The translations under genes were made by a program, and so were the position numbers. From Thermoplasmata archaeon (lineage in GTDB: Archaea > Thermoplasmatota > Thermoplasmata > Lutacidiplasmatales > UBA184), in assembly GCA_030039715.1 (NCBI GenBank), contig JASHVA010000048.1:1-37761 (forward strand): a stretch of DNA of 37,761 nt. The letters run 5' to 3'. The notes below the pieces were generated by a model, which saw only the letters and a program-made list of their open reading frames with translations, ran no database searches and was not told the DNA's origin. Shown here piece by piece: positions 17,637-26,446 of this stretch; positions within the stretch are counted from its first letter, which is position 1; every line of letters starts with the position of its first letter.

Positions 17637-18553
17637 AGGTCGTCATCCCGGCGGCCGGGCTCGGCACGCGCTTCCTCCCGGCGACCAAGAGCCAGCCGAA
17701 GGAGATGCTGCCGATCCTCGACCGGCCGGTGATCCAGTACGTCGTCGAGGAGGCGGTCGCCGCGGGCGCCGACGACATCCTGATCGTGACCGGGAGGGGG
17801 AAGCGCGCGCTCGAAGATCACTTCGATTTCTCTCCCGAGCTCGAAGCGAACGCGCGCTACCCCGAGCTCGATCGACTCGCGGAGCTCGTGCGGAGGGCGC
17901 GCATCCACTTCGTCCGGCAACGCGAACCTCGTGGCCTCGGGGACGCGATCGGTCTCGCCCGGCACCACACCGGCTCCGAGCCGTTCGGCGTTCTGCTCGG
18001 GGACACCATCAACGTCGCGGATCCGCCGCTCCTGCGCCAGCTATGGGACCGCTACTCTTCGCTCCACCACACCGTGCTCGCGGTCGAGCCCGTCCCGGAG
18101 GCGAAGGTGCGCGACTACGGGATCGTCGAAGGGGAGGAGGTCTCGCCGGGGCTCTACCGGTGCCGGCGGCTGCTCGAAAAGCCGGACCCCGGCGCGACGA
18201 AGAGCCGCCTCGCGTTGACCGGAGCGTACGTCTTCACTCCCTCGATCTACGACGCGATCGACCGGACCCCGCCCGGGCTCCGGGGAGAGATTCAGATCAC
18301 CGACTCCCTCGCGCTGCTCGCGGAGTCGGAGCCGGTCTACGCGACGACCTTCCGAGGCGAGCGGTTCGACATCGGTAACCGGGAGCTCTGGCTGAACGCC
18401 AACCTCGAGTTCGCGTTCCGGGATCCGGCCTATCGCGACGCACTGCGACTCGCCATGGAGCGGCTGCTCTCCCGGCCGGCGGCGCTTCCGCGCAAGTCGA
18501 GTCCCCGGCGGGGGGTTCGTCGTCGACCTCGGACGGAGCATCATGAACACTGA
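17633..18553 (+). CDS. galU: UTP-glucose-1-phosphate uridylyltransferase
   Basis: GTG start overlapping the ugd stop (GTGA); PAAGLGTRFLPATKSQPKEMLP, RQREPRGLGDA, EKP and GEIQITD motifs. Confidence 0.95.
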   Translation: MKVVIPAAGLGTRFLPATKSQPKEMLPILDRPVIQYVVEEAVAAGADDILIVTGRGKRALEDHFDFSPELEANARYPELDRLAELVRRARIHFVRQREPRGLGDAIGLARHHTGSEPFGVLLGDTINVADPPLLRQLWDRYSSLHHTVLAVEPVPEAKVRDYGIVEGEEVSPGLYRCRRLLEKPDPGATKSRLALTGAYVFTPSIYDAIDRTPPGLRGEIQITDSLALLAESEPVYATTFRGERFDIGNRELWLNANLEFAFRDPAYRDALRLAMERLLSRPAALPRKSSPRRGVRRRPRTEHHEH

Positions 18554-19316
18554 GTCCCCCTCCCGGCGCCGTGCCTTGGTCACGGGCGGGAGCGGGGACC
18601 TCGGTCGCGAGATCGCCCGTCAGCTGATCGCGAGCGGCACCGACGTGGCCACGAGCTCGCGGCATTCGGAGGCCCCGGGCGTCGGCGAGCGCTGGCACCT
18701 GAACTGCGACCTCGCCGAGGCGAGCGGGGCCGGTCGGCTGGTCGACGAAGTGCGGGGGAAATGGGGAGGGCTCGAGGTGCTCGTCAACAACGCGGGCGTG
18801 GCCCCCGGGGCGATCACCCCCATGGTCCACGAGACCGACGACGCGATCGAGCGGGTCGTCGCGACGAACGTGCTCGGACCGCTCTACCTGCTCCGCGGCC
18901 TGTTGCCCCTTCTGCGCCAGGCACCCGGGGGCGGGGTCGTCGTCAACATCGCCTCCCGGGCCGGCCTCGCCCCGATCCCCGGGCTCGTCGCGTACTCCGC
19001 GAGCAAGTCGGCGCTCGTGTCCCTGACTTTGGCCATCGCCAAGGAGGAGTCGGACGGGAAGGTCTACCTCGCCGCGCTCTGCCCGGGCGGCATCGCCACC
19101 GAACTGCGGGCGAGCCTCTTCGGGCGGGACGACGCCGCGCAGCAGCTGCCGGTCGGTCGGGTCGCGTCGCTCGTCGGGGAGATCGCGCTCCACCGGACGG
19201 CCGACGGTCGACCCGTTCGGAGCGGCGGCGCGGTCCTCGTGACCCGGGCGACCGGCGTGCAGGTGCTCGACTGGAGGACCGACGAACGCGGGGTCGAGAC
19301 CTTGAGCTGGCGCTGA
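18543..19316 (+). CDS. Classical short-chain dehydrogenase/reductase
   Basis: TGGSGDLG, NNAG and YSASK motifs. Confidence 0.9.
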   Translation: MNTESPSRRRALVTGGSGDLGREIARQLIASGTDVATSSRHSEAPGVGERWHLNCDLAEASGAGRLVDEVRGKWGGLEVLVNNAGVAPGAITPMVHETDDAIERVVATNVLGPLYLLRGLLPLLRQAPGGGVVVNIASRAGLAPIPGLVAYSASKSALVSLTLAIAKEESDGKVYLAALCPGGIATELRASLFGRDDAAQQLPVGRVASLVGEIALHRTADGRPVRSGGAVLVTRATGVQVLDWRTDERGVETLSWR

Positions 19317-19358
19317 CGCGCCAAGCGCTAAGACCGAGCGAGCGTCCGGGCCCTCCCG

Positions 19359-20624
19359 ATGTCGGCGAGCGAACGGCGGACGCCGTGCCGGGGGTGCGGG
19401 TCGTCGGACGGCGTCCGGGCGTTCCTGGACCTCGGTGTCCAGCCGCTCGGCAATGCCTTCCTTCCCCCGACCGAGGTGGCCGGCGAACCGTCGTTTCCGC
19501 TGGAGATCGGCGTCTGCGGGCGCTGCCACCTCGTCCAGATCGTCGAGCCCGCTCCGGCGGAGGCGACGAACCGGGTCTATCGGAACTACTCGTACGTCCC
19601 GACCGGTGAGACGCTCGCGCGCCACTACCGCTCGCTCGCCTCCGACATCGTAGAGGTCGTCCGTCCCCGCGCGGGCGCCCACTTCCTCGACATCGGCAGC
19701 AACGACGGACTGTTGCTGCGGTCGATCCGCGAGCGCCGGCCCGAGGCCGAGCTCCTCGGCGTCGAGCCTTCGACGCGGATCGCCGCGATCGCGCGGGAGA
19801 AGGGGATTCCGACGATCGGGGGATTCTTCGACGCCCCGACCGCCGAGGAGGTCCGACGACGTCTCGGGACGGTCGACGTCGCCAGCGCGACCCAGGTGCT
19901 CCAACACATCCGCGAGCCCGTGGCGCTCTTGCGATCGGTCCACGACATCCTGGCCCCGGACGGGGTCCTCGTGCTCGAGGGCCGGGCCTACTTTCCCGAC
20001 GTGGCGGCGAAGGTGGCGTTCGACACCTTCTACCACGAACTCCTCTATGCGTTCACGCTCCACTCGCTCGAGCCGCTCCTCGCCCAGGCCGGATTCGTCG
20101 TCTTCCACGCCGAGCATCAGGACGTGTACGGCGGCTCCCTCCGGGTCTTCGCCCAGCGCCGGGAGTCCGGTACGCGGGAGGTCTCGCCATCGGTCGACAC
20201 GATCCGCTCGGGCGAGCGAGCGGCCGGCGTGACCGGATTCGAAGCGTACGCCGAGTTCGCCCGCCGCGTTGCCGAGGTCCGTCGAAAGCTCCTCGCGACG
20301 GTGCGCGAACTCGCCGCGGCGGGCGGCACGTTCGCGGGCTACGGCGCCCCGTCCACCGGGACCACGCTCCTGAGCTACTGCGGCCTCGGCACCGAGACCC
20401 TCGCCTACATCGTCGACGACAACCCCCTCAAGCAGGGTCTCGTCACTCCCGGCACGCACGTTCCGATCGTGCCGTCGTCGGCGCTCACCGAACGACCGAC
20501 GGATTACGTGCTCGTCCTCGCCTGGCGACTGCGCGAAGAGATCGTCGGGCGGCTCGCGCCGCGACGGGGGAAGACGATTAAGGGGATCGTCGTCCCGTTG
20601 CCCACACCCGAGCTCGTGCGGTAA
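19359..20624 (+). CDS. NDP-sugar C-methyltransferase-like SAM-dependent methyltransferase with N-terminal Zn site
   Basis: CRGC...LGVQPLGNAF...CGRCHLVQ, DIGSNDG, YGGSLR, GYGAP, DDNPLKQG...PGTHVPI and LAW motifs. Confidence 0.88.
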   Translation: MSASERRTPCRGCGSSDGVRAFLDLGVQPLGNAFLPPTEVAGEPSFPLEIGVCGRCHLVQIVEPAPAEATNRVYRNYSYVPTGETLARHYRSLASDIVEVVRPRAGAHFLDIGSNDGLLLRSIRERRPEAELLGVEPSTRIAAIAREKGIPTIGGFFDAPTAEEVRRRLGTVDVASATQVLQHIREPVALLRSVHDILAPDGVLVLEGRAYFPDVAAKVAFDTFYHELLYAFTLHSLEPLLAQAGFVVFHAEHQDVYGGSLRVFAQRRESGTREVSPSVDTIRSGERAAGVTGFEAYAEFARRVAEVRRKLLATVRELAAAGGTFAGYGAPSTGTTLLSYCGLGTETLAYIVDDNPLKQGLVTPGTHVPIVPSSALTERPTDYVLVLAWRLREEIVGRLAPRRGKTIKGIVVPLPTPELVR

Positions 20625-20640
20625 GGGCGGGAGTACTGGA

Positions 20641-21654
20641 ATGAGGGTGGCGGTCACCGGAGCGGGCGGCTTCATCGGCAGTCATCTCGTCGACGCCCTC
20701 CTCGGCCGAGGCGACACCGTACTGGCGCTCGACATCGGGCGACGGCTGCCCTCGAACCTCGCCGAGGCGGCCACGCGCCCGGGGTTCACGTACGCGCGCT
20801 GCGATGTGACGCGGGAGAGCTCCGTGCGCCGTGCCTTTACCGGCCCCCCCGATGCGGTCGTCCATGCCGCCGCGACGGTCGGGGTCGAGGCGTACCTCCG
20901 GACCCCCATGGAGACGATCGAGTCGAGCGTGATCGGCACGCGGACGGTGCTCCGGGCCACGATGGCCCCGGGCGTACGTTTCCTCTACCTCTCTTCCAGT
21001 GAGGTGTTCGGCCGGAATCCGGCGGTCCCCTGGTCCGAGACGTCCGACCGGGTCCTCGGGGATCCCTCGCTGCATCGGTGGAGCTACAGCACGAGCAAGG
21101 GCCTCTGCGAGCACCTCGTGAACGCGGCGCACGCCGAGCACGGCGTGCCGACCGTGATCGCCCGTCCGTTCAACGTCTACGGGGGTCGGCAACGGCCGGC
21201 GTTCGTCGTGCCGATCACGATCCAGCGCGTGCTGAACGGGCTTCCGCCGGTCATCTACGGAGACGGTCGGCAGACGCGCTGCTTCACCTTCGTCGGCGAT
21301 CTCGTCGACGGGTTGCTGCGCTGCCTGGATCGCGATGCCGCGGTCGGCGAGTCGTTCAACCTCGGGAACCCGAAGGAGCGGACGATCGTCGAGGCGATCC
21401 AGCGGATCCTCGAAGCGTGCGGGAGCTCGCTCGCCCCGACGCACGAGGACCCGCACGCGACGTTCGGGGCGGGGTTCGACGAAATCCCGCGCCGCGTGCC
21501 GGAGGTCGCCAAGGCCGCGCGGCTCCTCGGATGGACGCCGACGACCGAGCTGCCCGAGGGCCTCGCTTCGACCGTCGCCTGGGCGCGCGCGCACCCCGAG
21601 TGGGTCCGGATCCGCCGCCGACGCTCGAAACCCGCGTCGGCGACTCCGCCCTAA
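20641..21654 (+). CDS. Extended SDR, UDP-glucuronate decarboxylase/ArnA-like
   Basis: TGAGGFIG, SSSEVFG, RWSYSTSK, RPFNVYG, GRQTRCFT and FNLGNP motifs. Confidence 0.82.
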   Translation: MRVAVTGAGGFIGSHLVDALLGRGDTVLALDIGRRLPSNLAEAATRPGFTYARCDVTRESSVRRAFTGPPDAVVHAAATVGVEAYLRTPMETIESSVIGTRTVLRATMAPGVRFLYLSSSEVFGRNPAVPWSETSDRVLGDPSLHRWSYSTSKGLCEHLVNAAHAEHGVPTVIARPFNVYGGRQRPAFVVPITIQRVLNGLPPVIYGDGRQTRCFTFVGDLVDGLLRCLDRDAAVGESFNLGNPKERTIVEAIQRILEACGSSLAPTHEDPHATFGAGFDEIPRRVPEVAKAARLLGWTPTTELPEGLASTVAWARAHPEWVRIRRRRSKPASATPP

Positions 21655-22622
21655 CGCTGCGCCGCCTCGGCCGCGGCGGCCAGGATCTCCGGGAGGACCG
21701 ACGCGATTCGGTACCGGCACGTCACGCCGAGCCGGCGCTCGGTCTCGACGCGGGAGACCGCGAACTCGGGCTCGATGACCTCCACGCCGCCCCTCGGGTT
21801 CGGCACCACGTCGATCCGGATCGGCGGGGCGGACGGATGCAGGGCCGCATAGCCGTGCGCCACGCGGTCGGCGATCTCGAGGATGTTGAGGGCCTCTCCG
21901 CTGGCCACGTTGAACGTCCGCGCCTCCCGCGGGGTCCCGGAGGCGAGCAGGTACCGTGCGGCCGCTTCCCAGTGCGCCACGACGTCGAGGATGTGGACGA
22001 AGTCCCGTCGCTGCGTCCCGGGCGCGTTGACCGTGAGTCGGCCGGAGAGGGCCTGGACGGCGAACAGCTGCAGCACGTTGCCTTTCGTCACGGTGCGGCC
22101 GCCCGCGCGGTAGCCCCCGTAGACGTTGCTCTGCCGCAGCACGGCGGTCGCCACGGCGCCCCCGCGGGAGGCCTCCTTCAGGATCTCCTCTCCCGCCGCC
22201 TTCTGGCGCCCGTACTCGTGCGTCGGCGCCGCCGGCGTCGACTCGGTGACGGGCAGCTCCTTCGGCACGCCGACGGCCGTGAAGCTGCTCGCGAACGCGA
22301 TGGGGACGTGGTGCTCCCGACACGTCCGGGCCAGCTCGGCCGTTCCGGCGACGTTGCTCCGGGCGCTTCCCTCGGGGTCCTGGGCGCACGCCATGACTCC
22401 CGAGATCGCGCCCAGGTGCAGCACCACGTCGCAGCGGGCGAGTTCCGCGAGCGCCTCGCGGCTCTCGAACTTCCGGTGGTCGACCGGCCACTGGGGGTAT
22501 CGCACCTCGGTCGGTCCCGAGCCGTCATCGACGAGATACAGTTCGTAACCGCGTTCGGCCAGGTAGGGGACGAGCGCTCCCCCGATGAACCCCGTCGCCC
22601 CGGTGACCCCGATCTTCGGCAT
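21651..22622 (-). CDS. NAD-dependent epimerase/dehydratase (GalE-like extended SDR)
   Basis: MPKIGVTGATGFIG, YGRQK, SNVYG and QRRDFVHI motifs. Confidence 0.88.
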   Translation of the reverse strand: MPKIGVTGATGFIGGALVPYLAERGYELYLVDDGSGPTEVRYPQWPVDHRKFESREALAELARCDVVLHLGAISGVMACAQDPEGSARSNVAGTAELARTCREHHVPIAFASSFTAVGVPKELPVTESTPAAPTHEYGRQKAAGEEILKEASRGGAVATAVLRQSNVYGGYRAGGRTVTKGNVLQLFAVQALSGRLTVNAPGTQRRDFVHILDVVAHWEAAARYLLASGTPREARTFNVASGEALNILEIADRVAHGYAALHPSAPPIRIDVVPNPRGGVEVIEPEFAVSRVETERRLGVTCRYRIASVLPEILAAAAEAAQR

Positions 22623-22738
22623 GCGGCCGAGCACGACCCCCGGGGGTCCATTAGTATTCGCCCGAGTCCCGCGCATGGCCTTTTGAGCCGCGGCCCGTCT
22701 CCCGGCCCGATGGATCGCTACCGGTCTCGGGCGGCCTG

Positions 22739-23905
22739 ATGCCGACGCGCGTCGCGGTCGTCCGGGGGGTCGAGCAGGTCAACGCCGGGGAGCTCGGTGT
22801 CTACTCGGAGCTCGGGAAAGCCGGCTACTCGGTCGAGCTGCTGTGCTCGACGAAGAGCCGGGTGACGGAGGCGGAGGCGCGCATGCCGGTCCGGCGGCGG
22901 CCTCCTCCGGCGCTCGCGGGCCGACTCGCGCGGACCCTCGCCGGCGGCTTCGCGATCGGCCTCGTCTCTCCGTACCGGTACTACCACCAGTATCTCACGG
23001 GCTTCTCCGCGGCCGCCCGCCCGTACGACGTGCTGTGCCCGGTCGACCTCGGTCACCCGACGACCTTCCAGTCCCTCGAGGAGCAGCGCCGGGGGAAGCG
23101 CGTCGTCGTCCAATGCTGGGAGGACATCCCGTTCAACTGGCCGCGCGACCGGCCGCTCGGCCAGCACTTCGAGGCGGTGCTGGACCGGGCCGACCATTTC
23201 CTCCCCTTCACCCGGGACGCGGAGACCGCGCTGCGCGCCATGGGCGTCGGGTCCGACCGGCTCTCCCAAGTGAACATCGGTCTCGACCTCGGCTACTGGC
23301 GGCCGGATCCGTCGGCCCGGGCGTCGGACGGGCCGCTCCGGGCGCTGTTCGTCGGGCGGCTCCAGTGGGCGAAGGGCGTGCAAACGATCATCGAGGCCCT
23401 GGACCAGGTCCGCGCACCCGTCGACGTCACCGTCGTCGGGGCGGGTCCGGAAGAGGCACGGCTCCGCTGGCTCGTGGAGCAACGCCGCCGCCGGAGCTCG
23501 GGGCGGGCCGCGCCGCCGGTCCGGTTCGTCGGTCCGAAGTACGGCCCCGAGCTCCTTCGGCTCCGGCAATCGATGGACGTCCAGCTCGTGCCCTCGATCC
23601 CCACGCCGCAGTGGCGCGAGCAGCTCAATCAATCGATGCTGGAAGCGATGGCCTGCGGGCTCCCGCCGATCGCGTCGCACAGCGGGGCGATCCCCGAGGC
23701 CGTCACGGACGGGGAGAACGGCTGGCTGTTCCCCCCGGATCGCCCGAGCGACCTCGCGGCCATCCTCGAGCGCGTCGCGGCCGACCCGGCCGAGCGTCGG
23801 CGACGCGGGGTCGCCGCCCGGGCGAGGATGGAGCGCGACTACGAGCTCGTTCGGCAGGGCGCCCGGCTCGCGGAGATCTTCCGGACCCGCGTGCGCCCAC
23901 CGTAG
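22739..23905 (+). CDS. Glycosyltransferase family 4
   Basis: FVGRLQWAKG and EQLNQSMLEAMACG motifs. Confidence 0.9.
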   Translation: MPTRVAVVRGVEQVNAGELGVYSELGKAGYSVELLCSTKSRVTEAEARMPVRRRPPPALAGRLARTLAGGFAIGLVSPYRYYHQYLTGFSAAARPYDVLCPVDLGHPTTFQSLEEQRRGKRVVVQCWEDIPFNWPRDRPLGQHFEAVLDRADHFLPFTRDAETALRAMGVGSDRLSQVNIGLDLGYWRPDPSARASDGPLRALFVGRLQWAKGVQTIIEALDQVRAPVDVTVVGAGPEEARLRWLVEQRRRRSSGRAAPPVRFVGPKYGPELLRLRQSMDVQLVPSIPTPQWREQLNQSMLEAMACGLPPIASHSGAIPEAVTDGENGWLFPPDRPSDLAAILERVAADPAERRRRGVAARARMERDYELVRQGARLAEIFRTRVRPP

Positions 23906-23917
23906 CCGCGCGGGAGT

Positions 23918-25066
23918 TCACTGGGCCGCCGCATACATTCCGAGCAGGCGGTCGAGGTGCCGTTCGGGCGAGAACTCGGTCTGGACCCACGTCCGTCCGT
24001 CGAGCGCCCGGGCCTTCGCGACGTCGTACCCGTCCGCGATCGCGAGGATCGCGCGCGAGAGCGCCGGCGCGTCGCCCGGCGGGATCACGGTCCCGTACGG
24101 TCCGACGGTCTCGGGCAACCCGCCCGAGTCCGTCACGATCACCGGCACTCCGTGTCCGAGCGCCTCGATCGAGGAGTTGCCGAGGTTCTCCCACGGGAGG
24201 GACGGGACGGCCAACACATGGATCTTCGAGAACCAGGCGTGGCTGTCGACCCATCCGTCCACCGTCACGCCGGGCGCCTCGGGGATCGGGATCGGACCCC
24301 CGCCCGCGAACCGGAGCTGGAACGCGGGGCGCTCCGCCCGGACCGATCCGAACGCCCGAAGGAGGACATCGATTCCCTTCTGACGCTCGAATCGTCCGAG
24401 GAACCCGATCGTGAACGGACCGGGCGGGGCTTCGACCGGAGCCGCCGGGGTGGGGATCATCGGACGGAGGACGTCCGTCGGGCGGTAGCCGAGATCGTCG
24501 AAGATCCGGCGGGTCGCGTGGCTGCCGCAGATGTAGGTGCGGACCCGGTCCTTCACGTGCGTGTCGAACGATCGGCGCTTCGCGAGATTGAGCGGAAGGC
24601 CCAGGCCGACCTCACAGCCGGTGAACTGGCATCTCGGAAGGATCCCGCCCGGGCACGGGGTGCCGTCGGGGAGCGTGAGCGTCGCGACCGGGCAGACGAG
24701 CTCGGTGTCGTGGGCCGTGAAGAAGATCGGCTCGCGGCGGCTCCCCAGCCACGGGCCGAGGGCCGAGAATCCGGCGTGGAACCGGTGAAGATGGATCACA
24801 TCCGGTCGGACCTCCCGCGCCACGTCGTCGAGCCAGCGAGCGAGCGGTCCCCCTTCGGCGAGGCTCGCGACGGCCTGGCGGGTCGGCGAGCGGGGCACGA
24901 GGTAGGCGCGTACCGGCCCGAGCCGCTCCGGCACGGGGTCGGTGACGATCGCGGCGGTGACGTTCGGGTGGCCCCGGGCCTCGAGCGCCTGCGAGACGCG
25001 CCGCACGTACACCTGCGCGCCGCCGGGCGCCGGTCCGTCCCACCCGTCGAGACGCAGGATGTTCAA
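23918..25066 (-). CDS. Glycosyltransferase family 4 with a four-Cys insert
   Basis: GGAQVY, FLGRFERQKG and ENLGNSSIEAL motifs. Confidence 0.9.
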   Translation of the reverse strand: MNILRLDGWDGPAPGGAQVYVRRVSQALEARGHPNVTAAIVTDPVPERLGPVRAYLVPRSPTRQAVASLAEGGPLARWLDDVAREVRPDVIHLHRFHAGFSALGPWLGSRREPIFFTAHDTELVCPVATLTLPDGTPCPGGILPRCQFTGCEVGLGLPLNLAKRRSFDTHVKDRVRTYICGSHATRRIFDDLGYRPTDVLRPMIPTPAAPVEAPPGPFTIGFLGRFERQKGIDVLLRAFGSVRAERPAFQLRFAGGGPIPIPEAPGVTVDGWVDSHAWFSKIHVLAVPSLPWENLGNSSIEALGHGVPVIVTDSGGLPETVGPYGTVIPPGDAPALSRAILAIADGYDVAKARALDGRTWVQTEFSPERHLDRLLGMYAAAQ

Positions 25067-25196
25067 CGAACGGCCCCGGCGCGAGGAAGCGGCGGCGGCA
25101 TTAAGGGCTCGTCGGCCACCGGCGGCCGACGAGGTTCAGAACCGGACTACGCGAAAGCCTATAGGCCGGGGACCCGCCTCGCACGGTGGGGCGCGC

Positions 25197-26309
25197 GTGA
25201 AGATCGTGCATTCGGTGTTCCGGTATCTGCCCGTCTCGGGCGGGGCGACCCGGCTCGTCCAGCTCCTGGCCGAGGGGGCGGCCGCCCGCGGGCACGACGT
25301 GACGGTCGTAACGCAGGAGGAGCCGGGCGCGCCGAGCGAGGAGACGATCGCGGGAGTGAGGGTCCTCCGGGTCCCGATCCGCCGGGTCGGGAAGTTCCGC
25401 CTGCCGCGGGGATACCGCGCGCTGCTGCACCGGCTCGACGCCGACGTCTTCCAGCTGAACGGCAACCGGATTTGGAACGCAGACTTCTACCTGCCGTACG
25501 CGCGCTCGTTCGACTGGCCTCAGGCAATCATGCCGATGGGGTTCTACCACTACTGGATGCGCCGCGGCCTCCTCCGCTGGTTCTACTACGACCGGTACTT
25601 CGCCGGCCGGATCCGGGCGTTCGGCCGGTACCTCGCGCTCACCGGCGCGGAGCGAGAGCAGGTCGTCGGCTGGGGGTACCCGCCCGAGCGCGCCCGCGTC
25701 CTCCCGGTCGGCGTCGACCTCGAGGAGTTCGCCCGTTCCCCGGCCGACCCGGCCGCGCTGCGCTCGGCCTGGCGCCTCCCGGTCCGGCAGGTCGCGGTCT
25801 ATGCCGGCGGCCTCTACGACAACAAGCGCGTGGACCGACTGGTCCGAGCGGTCGCCGGGACCCGAGGGGAGTGGGGTCTGGTCGTCCTCGGACCGGACGT
25901 CCCGGGCCATCCGTACGACCGGGCCCATTGCGAGGCGCTCGCGCGAGAGCTGGGCGCGCCGGTGCGGTTCCTCGGGGCCGTCCCCCGGACGGAGCTCGTG
26001 ACGTCGTTCTTCGCGGCCGACGCCTACGTCCAGGCGAGCGCGTTCGAAGGGTTCGGCATCACGCTCGTCGAGGCGATGGCCACCGGCCGCCCGTTCGTCG
26101 CGTTCGACGCCGGGGTCGCCCGCGACGTCGCAGCCCGCGGAGCCGGGGTCGTCGTCTCGAGCGAGGAGGAGATGTCCCGCGCCCTCGTGGACCTACCGCG
26201 ACGCGCGCGGGAACGCGGGAGCGCCGCGCGGCTCGTCGCGCAGGACTACTCGGTCGCCCAGATGGTCGACCGGGCGCTCGAGCAGTACCGGGCGATCGCC
26301 CGGAACTAG
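25197..26309 (+). CDS. Glycosyltransferase family 4
   Basis: GTG start giving MKIVHSVFRYLPVSGGA; EGFGITLVEAMATG motif. Confidence 0.9.
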   Translation: MKIVHSVFRYLPVSGGATRLVQLLAEGAAARGHDVTVVTQEEPGAPSEETIAGVRVLRVPIRRVGKFRLPRGYRALLHRLDADVFQLNGNRIWNADFYLPYARSFDWPQAIMPMGFYHYWMRRGLLRWFYYDRYFAGRIRAFGRYLALTGAEREQVVGWGYPPERARVLPVGVDLEEFARSPADPAALRSAWRLPVRQVAVYAGGLYDNKRVDRLVRAVAGTRGEWGLVVLGPDVPGHPYDRAHCEALARELGAPVRFLGAVPRTELVTSFFAADAYVQASAFEGFGITLVEAMATGRPFVAFDAGVARDVAARGAGVVVSSEEEMSRALVDLPRRARERGSAARLVAQDYSVAQMVDRALEQYRAIARN

Positions 26310-26328
26310 CGCGGCCCGGGCGGCGGAA

Positions 26329-26436
26329 TGGGGCTGCCCGAATTTGAATCGGGGTCCCGAGCTCCCAAAGCTCGAAGGATGGACCAGTAGAGCGGACGGA
26401 GGAGCGTCCTCCGGTCCGTAGCTACCCCACAGCCCC
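26329..26436 (-). tRNA. tRNA-Pro(UGG) with a ~33-34 nt insertion (candidate intron) in the D-loop; CCA not encoded
   Basis: Acceptor stem GGGGCTG/CAGCCCC plus discriminator A; anticodon arm CGAGC-TT-TGG-GA-GCTCG; T arm CCCGA-TTCAAAT-TCGGG; D-loop TAGC...TGGTCCAT is interrupted; 108 nt in total. Confidence 0.92.
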
Positions 26437-26446
26437 ACATCCGCGG

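Noticed and set aside
26388-26421. Hairpin read as a terminator, SECIS-like element or CRISPR repeat
   Set aside because: It is single copy, has no U-tract, and sits exactly inside the D-loop of a complete tRNA.
16176-26436. Sugar cluster as an island integrated at the tRNA-Pro 3' end
   Set aside because: No integrase, no visible duplicate of the tRNA 3' end at the far side, and no obvious compositional shift.
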